Assembly: GCA_013265495.1 (NCBI GenBank)
Contig: MU058000.1
Location: forward strand, 2,046,001-2,110,000
Direction of reading: 5' to 3'
Length of the DNA stretch: 64,000 bases
Source: Vicugna vicugna
Lineage: Eukaryota
Made by a program: the position numbers and the translations under genes. Under the pieces are notes generated by a model. It saw nothing but the letters and a program-made list of their open reading frames with translations. It ran no database searches and was not told where the DNA came from. Positions 54,645 through 64,000 of this stretch are shown here, one piece after another; the stretch's first letter is position 1; each line of letters begins with the position of its first letter.

Positions 54645-54772
54645 TAGGATAGCCACTCATCCTAGTCTTCTGAGCGCAATTTAGTTTACACCAGTTTTCT
54701 TGATGTCTCACTTAGTTTAGCATAATTAGCACCCCTCAAAACTCTGCCTTTGTATCAATATCATATCACCTG
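54645..54772. mobile_element. MER94-like hAT MITE
   Basis: taggatagccactcatcctagt..agcataattagcacccctcaaaa..atcacctga. Confidence 0.45.
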
Positions 54773-55349
54773 ATCTCCACACTGTGGATCTTTGAGGAAA
54801 GGGCAAACTAGTTAAAAAGTGTTACTGGCAAAACCAGTTCACCCTAAAAGAAAAATGAAATTAGATGCCTGTTCACACCAAATTACAAATTCAGTTGGTA
54901 CAAGCCTTGTGAAAATAGTTTAGCATTGCATACAGAGGGCTGAAACGGAGCAAATGATCCTGCACCCGAACATTGCACGCTCTCTCAAGCTAGAGAAGGA
55001 CTGTCTTTCTCTAATGGTCTGTTGGAAAGCACACTGTATTCTAATTGACCTGTCAAGTGGGGGACATCTTTTGCAATTCGACCTTCCTAGAAAAGCACTT
55101 TTTTTTTTTGAACTCTCACAGAAGGTCCTAATATGCTAGCACTGGCCCTGCCTGTCTGGACTTTAGTTCTAAGTAGTTATTATGTGAGATCACTTTAATT
55201 TTTGATGATACAATTCTCATTATTGACTCACATTTTATTCACTGTTGTCTAGAGTCCTAAATCATTTTCATGTGTGCTGTTACCTAACCATTATCTCCAT
55301 CTCGTGTGAATACTCCTGACTCGTCTTGTAGGCCAAAGTGCATGCTCTT

Positions 55350-55590
55350 AGGAGGATGATATTGTACAAAAAATAAAGTGGGAAATTCTGAAGTCATAAC
55401 TGCATTCAAAGCCTGAATTGTGACTTTGAGAGAGGTGCTCAATCTTTTGGAACTTTGACTTCCAAATCTATAAAACCTGGAGAATAATAATACTCCATAG
55501 GACTGTGGTGATAATTAAATGAGATAACTCAGGTAAAAAGCATTCAGTACAGTTTCTCACACATAATAGCACTTAATGAATGCTGATTCT
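55350..55590 (+). mobile_element. MIR SINE
   Basis: ataataatactccataggactgtggtgataattaaatgagataa..agcacttaatgaatg. Confidence 0.8.
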
Positions 55591-57517
55591 TGGAGTTATA
55601 TTATTTACTTTTATTAAATTTAATTTATTACAATCTTTTCTTAACTTCCATCCTCAAATGTAGTGGGTTTTTTTTTTAATTTTGCCATCTATAATTATAT
55701 TACCTATGCATTCATGAATTTAAAGGAGTTTCAATGACATTGTCCTAATAATTGCACCAAATTATCTAATAGTAAGAGGTCAAAAACCAAACAGTGCTCA
55801 TGGCATCTCACAGCATTCTATATCCTTGGTAAATATCTATCAATTTGCATTGGAGGTAGTTATTTGACAAATAACTATTATATTTATTTTACTTGAATTT
55901 AGTGTATATTTTAATCACTATATCCCATGATTATTATATTGCTATTACCCTATCCAAAAACAGCTGAAAAAAGGTTTAAGAAAAACTTAGTATTGAATTA
56001 AAAAAAAACAGAGAAGAAGAAACTCTAAGCACCATAGTAGAAAAATAATATAAAATACAGTATAAATGTCATGTGGCATTGATACTAAAAACGCTTATAT
56101 CTTGAATATAATGTTAAATCAAGATTACATCTGGTAACCTAGTACTTAAAGACATTGTTTCTCCTACGTCTACATTTTTCAATGTGTTCATTTGAAGCTC
56201 CAGAGAAAACCTGAATTTTCTCTTCTTCACATTGGCAATTAGAAAATATAGAAGGTATTCGATTAATAAAACATTCTTTATTTTTAAAATATTCAACTAT
56301 AAATCTGCATACATGTGTAAGAACAATGTTTGAAGGGATATGCCTCTGGAATAATTTACTTCTTCAAAGAGCCCCTGAGATCTGAACAATGGGCTAAACC
56401 CTTGTCGCCTGCCTCTGCATGCTACAATTATGTTCAACTTTGTCTGAAAGTAACAAATACACAGAAAAAAAAAAAAGTTCCATAACACACAGAGTGAGTA
56501 AATTTATTAACTCTATAGACTGGATTCAAATTCTGTCAGTCTTTCAAAAATTAGAGAAATATAGAAATGCTGAAGCCAAATTGGGGTAACTTATAGGAAC
56601 ATATCAAAATTCTCTAAGCAAAATGAAGTACTTCAAAACGAAACTCCAAGGTTGCTAATGCAGATTGGTCAACAAGTTTCTCCCTAGTGAAGAATTTAGA
56701 AAAACTATTTACCTTTATAGGATGTTGTTGGTTCCTTTTAAAGTAAGCAGGGTTAAGGGGAAACCAAGCAATTTGCCAGTTTCAAAACTGATTGTTTCTG
56801 TTGAGTCTTATTGTGGTAAAAGTCTAAAATATGGAGGCAAAGATATGAGATCAAACCAAAACTATTTGCTGTAGAAAGCTGGATTGTTAAAAGTTGATCT
56901 TTTTTTTTTTAAATTGATCTTCTAAACATAACCAGATCAGTTACTGCTTCCCGTTATTTTTTTTCCTTATATAATAGACATGTTTCTAAAAACAGTATAC
57001 CCTTTATGTTAAAAATAATTTTAGAAATAGAATATAAAATTGTTTATAATATTATCATCTAATAAGATGATTTTTATTTGTTCACATTTCTCTTATAGTC
57101 TACCAATGTGAAAATGTATTTTCTATAGTCAAAATGATACTAAAAATATTATTTGATGTGCTAAAATTTTAATCTAATGGTCTTTCATGTAATTTCCTAA
57201 TAATGTTAGCTGCCACATCTTATTTTATCACATATTATTATATTATGACATATTTTGCTGTATATATATATATAATATAATAATCTGTTGCAATGAAAGA
57301 TAATTATAAAAGAAAGACATTACCTTATTTTTATATATTTAACGTAGAATCATTTGTTTTGCTAGTTTAGGCACTGAAACAGTAAATAAATTTTTGGAGA
57401 AAAATACTTTTCTTCTATTACATTTTCCTCTTTAGGATTATTAGTATAAATGTCACCTTTTGGGCTCTTCATATATTTTTTCCAAAGGAAAAATGCCAAA
57501 ATTAAAAACTTCTGGAA

Positions 57518-58260
57518 AGTGAGCACTTAATAATGTGCAAGGGACTGGGGCTACAACACTCATCAGTTCAGATGAGGTTCTCCTTCCCATGGTGTTTACA
57601 TTCTAGTACTGGAGACAGACCATAAATTATAAAATTTAAAAATGTGTGTTATTGTTTCAGATAATAAAAAGATCTATGAAGGCAATTAAACAAACTAATG
57701 GAATAAAGTGAGGGGGTGGAATGGAATTTGAGAGGGGGTAAGAATAGCAAATTTAGCTGCGGAAGGCCATGGAGGGTCTTTCTGAGTGAGATGTGAATAA
57801 TGGGAAGGAGGCAAAGAGGTCCCAGGGAGAGCACCCCCAAGGAGAGAGAAGACAAGAACAAGAGAGAGAGCTCCCTTATTCAAGGACTAGAAAGGCCAGC
57901 CAGGGTGAAATAGGATAAGAGATTAGAGAGATCATAAAGGTCTAGAACACAGAAGGCGTTGTTACTCATGTAAAAGTCATTAACAGGATTTAACAGGGAA
58001 GCGACGTGATTGTAATGTGCCTTCTTTAAAGCTCATTCTGGCTATCATGTGGGCAATGGGTGTTTGCAGGTAAGGAAAAACAGAGAGCCCAGAATGAAGC
58101 CATCACAGCATTCCTGTGAGAGAGAATGGTGATCTGTACTAGGATATGGAGAGTAGACATAAAGAGAAGCGGATGGATTAGGGTTACACTCTGCAGATAA
58201 AGTCGGCAGGGCTCAGTGATAAACTATAACTGACGCATGAAAGAAAGAGAAGATGCTAAA
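57518..58260 (-). mobile_element. L2 3' segment
   Basis: gagcacttaataatgtgc..tttacattctagt..ggagacagac..ctcattctggct..gagagagaatggtg. Confidence 0.8.
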
Positions 58261-58580
58261 GTAGTAGGAATCAGCTTGGTCAGTCTCAAGAACTCAAGGG
58301 TATTTCACCAATCACTAAGAAATTATCCTTGTTAATTAAAAAGAAAGAAAGAAAAAAAACTTAAAACAAACAAAAAAGACAACATTTTGCCAATCAGTTT
58401 CTTCTCATACTTCTTATACTCCGTACTTTAATTTTTTTCAGAAAAGCAAGAAACAAAATGTGTATTTTTAAGAATCATCTACTGCCTCGAGGCAGCAGTA
58501 AGGAACAACTTTAATTATTCTACTGTGTGGTGGAAAGCAACATTGAAACCTGCCTAAATCCTCTTACAATACCTTTAAAG

Positions 58581-58686
58581 ACCTATTGATTATGATTCAA
58601 ACTCACTCAAGGTGATGGAGCGGTGCCCCTCAATACCGCTTCTGCCTTATGTCGACAATTTGAGATGTTGTCAGCCATTTCAAAAG
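58581..58686 (+). other. Candidate exon or alternative first exon
   Basis: AAG|gtaaga donor; open frame with strong-Kozak ATG at 58615 (MERCPSIPLLPYVDNLRCCQPFQK); product not recognised. Confidence 0.25.
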
Positions 58687-60758
58687 GTAAGAATTTAGAA
58701 CTTTTATTAGACTCCCTCAGAAAAAGATATACTTAACACTGTGTATGTTTGTGTGTGCGTGTATACATGCACATATACATGTGTTTGCGTAACACATACA
58801 TAAGTATATGGATATACATAATATGAACCTTTTCAACTTTAATTTGTTTGAAGTTCACTACATCACTTGGAGATGAAGAGTCATGGAGAGTGGAAGTATG
58901 ACTACAAGAGATAAGAATTTACTCAAACATTTTCAGAGGAAATTCATTAAAAATGGGCTTGTTTAGTTACCCTGAGTTTATTATCTAGGGGCCTCACTGC
59001 CCCATAAGTGCTGTCCATCATCCAGGCCAGGTCCCAAGGAAGAAAGGTAAGAGGCAAAATTAGGAAAATATAGATATTCTCTATGAACTTAGTGGGTTTT
59101 ACTACAAAATTTAGCTTAATCTTCTATCGGATTAAGATTATCTGATATTATAAAGGCTCTTTTTTGGTTATGGATTGATCTATATACTATATGAACAGCA
59201 ATCTCGGTATTTTTATCTTAAGCTTATACTCTCATCTTGGACCTTTAGCTTTGGTTTGCATGTCCACACTGAAGAAATTACTCATACTTCTCCTATACTG
59301 TTGTAATTGATACCATTATTAAAGCATGATCCATCAGAGACATTCAGGTGTCTCTTTCAGAAGAAAAGAAGTAATAAGGAGTCATTGCAGTTATATTATT
59401 CCATTAATATCAATGTTAGAAAAAGCAATGAGCCAGGCTAATAGGAACTTGACTTTAAAAAATATCTTTCTCAGTAATCAAGAGAAGCATTCAGATCTTC
59501 ATAATCCATCAGAAATCAATAATTAAAATTACCCATTTCCAAATAGCCCCAAATACTGGCCTTTTATTTGGAAAGATCATCTTTTTCTCCCCACCTTCTT
59601 TCCTCAGAAGGAACAATAATTTGATGCTTATGTTCTGTTCAAATCACTTATTCAGTTTTTAATGGAATGCTTTGATGTTCCAAATAAAGCTCATTATACT
59701 GTGGATCAAAGAGGACAATGCCTTTCACCAAAGGAGTACAGTACACCAATTAGCATTTCAGCTACGGGGAGTTACACATATATTTTTCCCCTCAGTGAGT
59801 CCTACTGGTACTTGCAGTGTGCCCAGAATACATGATACGACTAAGTAGGTATGTTTCTAGTGATAGGTGAATAGACCTGAGAAAGGTAAAAATGTGCCGA
59901 GCACAAAAAGTGTTAAAATTTTATCATTATCATAAAAATGCTTTGTATCATTAATAAGAACACAAATAACTATTATTAAATAGCTACTTTATTCCACAAG
60001 GTCTTCCTCTTGAAAGTATATCATAGACTAAGTTAAAATGTTAAAATCGTTGAACGAATTATAGAGGGAACTGTTCTGTTCCTTTCATAAATGGGACTGT
60101 AAATCTTAAGTCTAAATTATTTGATTTCATCTTAGGAAAGGAGCACAGCTGTTATGCTTGACTTGAGGTTGTCTAAAGAGAGCACCTGCTGGATGCTGTC
60201 GGGAGTGCCTCAGTAACCTTCCCTCTGTAGGAAGATTCTGACCATGTTTGCTTGTTGGAACTGTGTGCACAATTTACAGAGCCGAATGCCACTCCCTAAG
60301 CACTGGGAGTTGGCTTCAGCCTCCCAGGCTTTTCAGTTGAGTTCTGATGGAAGTTTCCTTCTCGTGAATATATGATCTGCCTCGATGTCCAAGTCATGAC
60401 TGTGAGTCTTAACTTCAGTTCTAATGTCCTCTTGGAGACATAATTCCTTTGGGATACTAGAAGAATGTTTAAAATTGATTCTTGCCCACATTCTCCTATG
60501 TTGTCTCTTAAAGGGGCTGCACTGCTTCCCCCCAAATTCCATCTGATACTCCAATGATGACTACATGGCACACCCCCAGTTCCTTTCTTAGATAAGTTGT
60601 GCACGTTATTGCTGCTTGAAAACTTCTGCTGGATTCATGGAAACTGATCTGTTGTGTGATATAGCTCTCAAAATGATTTGCATATGATTCCTTCTTATAC
60701 TTTAAAAAGAGGCAGAGAACTTGGGTGAGATTTCTGTGTGCATGTTTTAGAGTCGTAG

Positions 60759-61314
60759 CGTATTAGTTACTATAAAACAGATTACCATAGCATTTACTTG
60801 CTTAAAATAATAAATATTTATTGTGTCACGTTTTCTGTGGGTCAGAAATTCCAGGGTAGATTTGTTGCATGATTCTGGCGCAGGTTTTCTTACAACATTG
60901 CAATCAACTGGTTGGCCTGGGCTGCCGTCATCTGAAGGCTTGACTGAGACCAGGTGACTTGCTTCCAAAATGGTCCTCTGACACGGCTGTTGGCAGGAAG
61001 CCTCAGTTCCTTGCTGGCTGTTGGCAGGAGGGTTCAGTTCTTTGCCACGTGAACCTTTCATCAGAGCTGCCTGAGGGCCCTCAGGACATGGCACGGACTG
61101 TGCCCAGAGCCAGTGATGTAAGGAAGGGAACAGGAAAAGGCAATGTCTTTTATGGTCTGGTCTCAGAAGTCCCACCCGCAGTCAGCTCCACCACGTTCTG
61201 TTTATTAGAAACGAGCCACTGAGTGTAGTTCCTGTTCCAGGTGAAGGGAATCAGGCTCCACTTTAGAGGACAGGAATACTGGATAATTTGTGGACCTATT
61301 TCAGAAGCACTGCA
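60759..61314 (-). mobile_element. MLT1F-family MaLR solo LTR, near full length
   Basis: ttctgtgggtcagaaattc, gtcatctgaaggcttgactg, gcttccaaaatgg, ggctgttggcagga twice, tctcagaagtc, aatttgtggac. Confidence 0.9.
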
Positions 61315-61589
61315 TGATAGAAAGAGCTGGCTTTCCTCTGGAACTGAGTTGTGTAAGATCCTTGTAACCTCGAAAAGCTCCTTCTCTCTCTGCCTGAGTA
61401 TTCAAAGTAGAACATTTACACACCACGACAGGAAATTTAAATGCATGAGATTTATAAATGTTTGAATTTAATAGAATCAGTGCACAATATTCAGTACAGA
61501 AATAAAGTCGAGTACATAACGGTCTATTTTGTACTATTTCCGGCACCAATAATACGTAGTTTAAGAGGCACTTATCTTAGTGTTGAAGG

Positions 61590-61830
61590 CGGAAATTTAA
61601 ATATGTACAGCGTCCTCCCAAGTTGGGAGACCTTAGGCACGTTACATAATCATTTTGCATGTCAGTTGCTTCATTTACTTAAATGAATTCTCACAATAAC
61701 TCTGTGAGGTGTATAATATTAGCCTCATTTTGTAGAAGACAAAATTGAAGCTCAGCATTATTGCAACTAGAAAGTGGCAGAGTCAATATTACAATGCAAG
61801 TTTTGTTGATTGATGCCAAAAATGCTTTTC
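61590..61830. mobile_element. Two adjacent MIR fragments in opposite orientation (+ then -)
   Basis: gaccttaggcacgttacataa..tcagttgcttcat (+), then ctcacaataactctgtgaggt..cattttgtaga..aaattgaagctcag (-). Confidence 0.6.
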
Positions 61831-63414
61831 TCTCTCCTGTACCTTCTGGGGAAGAGAGAAAATTTACAAATTATTCAGTGATGTAGTATATAGGATGGTG
61901 TTTATTAGTATTTTATTTTTAATAAAGTTAGCATCCATACAAAATAATAGAGTCTCATAAATACAGGATATCCTGTTGAGAAAGAATAATTATATGCTTA
62001 TATTAATGAACAGAATTTTAAATATCAGCGGTTTCTAAAGATGTTCTTTAACTTAAAACTTTCAGTTAGAGTAAGCAGTCAAACAAAGCCCATTACAATT
62101 ATCCAACCCTGTGTATCACCTTGCTCCATGATTTCTCATCAAAGGCTGAAGCGGTATCGAGGGTCGTGATTCATACCTTAGTTCTAGTGACGCTCCCCAA
62201 GCAAATGCCAGATGAGCGATGCTCTTGGATAGCTTATATCTGCCTTCTTTCTTCAAAACCCAGAGTCATCAAGTATCTTGATTATGCTATAGACAGAAAA
62301 AGGAACGTAGGAAAGGTCACCTTTATATACAGATGCCCTGTATTTGCTCACTATGTACTGCTTTGGACCAAGTATTGAATACTACAGTTGAATAGCCTTA
62401 AATGAAGCTATTCAAATCAAGATATATTCTTAAAACTTAGATGGACACTTGATAATTTAAAAACCATTAATTCTGCTTTGAACACTGCAGGTGTACCCCA
62501 AAAGTTGAATGTATTGAATATTTTAGTTGCTAAATTTTCTTAAACTTTTATGCATCTAGATTGGAAGTCTCAGTTATAGAATTAAACGTTGTCACTGGAA
62601 GGGCATTGGCCAAATAAAGCATAAAGATGGATGCTATTACCATGAATGCTGGCCTGTTTCCTCCAGGCTGCAGTGAGCTTATTTTGAAGTTTAACAAGTT
62701 ACAGAACTATTGAGTATTTAATCTGACTGTAATTTATCACATGACAACATATTGAGGCTGAAAAAAGTGATCAATTTTAAAGTTCTCCCTTAATATGTAA
62801 GAAGGAGGTTGTACACCGGGCAAGTATGAATCAAAAGGTAATAAATGCCCTAGAAGATTTTAACAAGTGTAAATTGCTATATAAATATTAAATAAATTAC
62901 ACAATATTTTTAGGTTCTGAAACATCGAATCACTTTGCGAAGGACTAAATGTCAAATAAATAATGCATGTTTATACATATTTCTTCTATGGACCATTATT
63001 ACAACTCTAGCAACACTGTTTGCTTTTAAAATTTTATATCCAGTGCATATTCGCTTTTGGAACTTACAACAGACAGCCTGATTTTGTTTCAAGCACCAAC
63101 CTTCACTTCTCCAGGGAACAGTTTGAAGCTTGAAGCTTCTGTAGTAACTGGTCACTTCCCTGCTTGGAGATACTGCTAAAGGAGTTGAGGGCCTTCCTGG
63201 AGGGTGAGGGTCTGGGAAAATAGTGCCCCTCAATATTTGTGTGTAGAAGGAATTTGGTTGAACTGAAGTTCAAAGGCAGCCTTAGAGATTAAAAATTCAT
63301 ATACTGACAATCTCTGTCCTGAGGGGGATATGTGGAAAGAAATGTGGAAGGAGGAAGATTGTCTTAGTAGGAAAGAGATTTTAGGCTGATAAGAATACAA
63401 AGATTATACCAGTA

Positions 63415-63590
63415 GTAGTTATTATTATCATTATCACTGAAATTTTGCATATTTACATTGTGACAAGTCTTAGAATAAATTATTTTATTTTTAAACCTCA
63501 CCCTCAGTGAGGTAGGTTTCTTCCCTCATGTTTATAGATGAGGAATTTGTCACTCAGAGCAGTGACACGGGGACATCACTGACTGACTAC
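63415..63590 (-). mobile_element. MIR fragment
   Basis: cctcaccctcagtgaggtagg..tttatagatgaggaa..ctcagagcagtga. Confidence 0.7.
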
Positions 63591-63730
63591 AATCACGTAG
63601 CAGGTGACTAGCAGGGGCTTTATGGTAACTCCCCACCCTCTCTCCTGAATGCTGGCCTGTGCCATGGCTTTTGAAACAGCCTGCCTTTCTGAATATTTTC
63701 AATGCCATAGATCTTGAGTGTCTTCCCCTG

Positions 63731-63749
63731 GTGCGCCCCCTGGAGTACA
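63731..63749 (-). promoter_or_regulatory. Candidate CTCF binding site
   Basis: Minus strand reads aCtCCAGGGGGCGCac, 12/14 identical to the CCACCAGGGGGCGC core, with the CpG retained. Confidence 0.6.
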
Positions 63750-64000
63750 CAGGAGGTTACTTCACTTACAGAGTCGCTGATGGGCACAGGGTGGCTGTTG
63801 GTCACTCAAGATACACTGGGATTATTTTTCTTTGCACCACTCTGGCTGAGCAAGCAATATGTTGCTACATTTCCAGGCTCGGATGTAGAGAGAGAGTGTT
63901 TGTTTGTTTCAGCTCGATCTGAGTGAACAACAGGGATAGGACCAGGTCTCTGCTAGTGTTGAGAATGAATGGACCTCAGAGAGCAGGGGCTTCAGAATGA

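Larger units (their letters stand above)
53400..54900 (+). mobile_element. Very old L1 remnants (5'/ORF1-like and ORF2 scraps) interrupted by MLT1B and a MER94-like element
   Basis: aagaaacaagccac..gagtaatcagaaacaa..gcagaatcagacc; tatcacctgatctc..aaaatgaaattagatgcc. Confidence 0.45.

Noticed and set aside
60985..61047. Direct repeat ggctgttggcagga..cagttc occurring twice
   Set aside because: As I recall, an intrinsic feature of the MLT1F consensus rather than an independent array
348..63926. ORF-track entries of 60-162 aa as protein-coding genes
   Set aside because: No recognisable domains, many non-ATG starts and low-complexity F/L/I bias. The longest (21119-21607 and 60747-61175) overlap MLT1 LTRs, and 26790-27110 and 27241-27495 are antisense L1 frames.
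1..64000. CRISPR arrays, operons, tRNA/rRNA genes, CpG island, processed pseudogene
   Set aside because: None seen; the repeat content shows this is mammalian nuclear non-coding DNA

Overview
AT-rich, CpG-depleted eutherian genomic DNA, most consistent with a large intron or a gene-poor intergenic region. I find no supportable intact protein-coding gene: apart from decayed L1 ORF2 peptides, the ORF-track entries look like chance ORFs. A large part of the window is old interspersed repeat (L1M, L2, MIR, MLT1 MaLR LTRs, LTR33-like, MER20, MER53, MER94-like), plus one younger 5'-truncated L1. The 3' UTR of that L1, together with the absence of Alu, B1, Bov-tA, PRE1 and CanSINE elements, suggests a camelid (inference). 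Repeat families were assigned from remembered consensus sequences, not by alignment, so subfamily names and most boundaries are approximate. I could not identify a novel multi-component system. The most interesting signals are local: a perfect 22-bp inverted repeat, a 33-nt TSD-flanked poly(A) micro-insertion, a three-piece EN+RT+3'UTR L1 inside one TSD pair, a MER53 hairpin with a miR-1302-like seed, a strong CTCF motif, and several unverified exon, first-exon and recursive-splice candidates.
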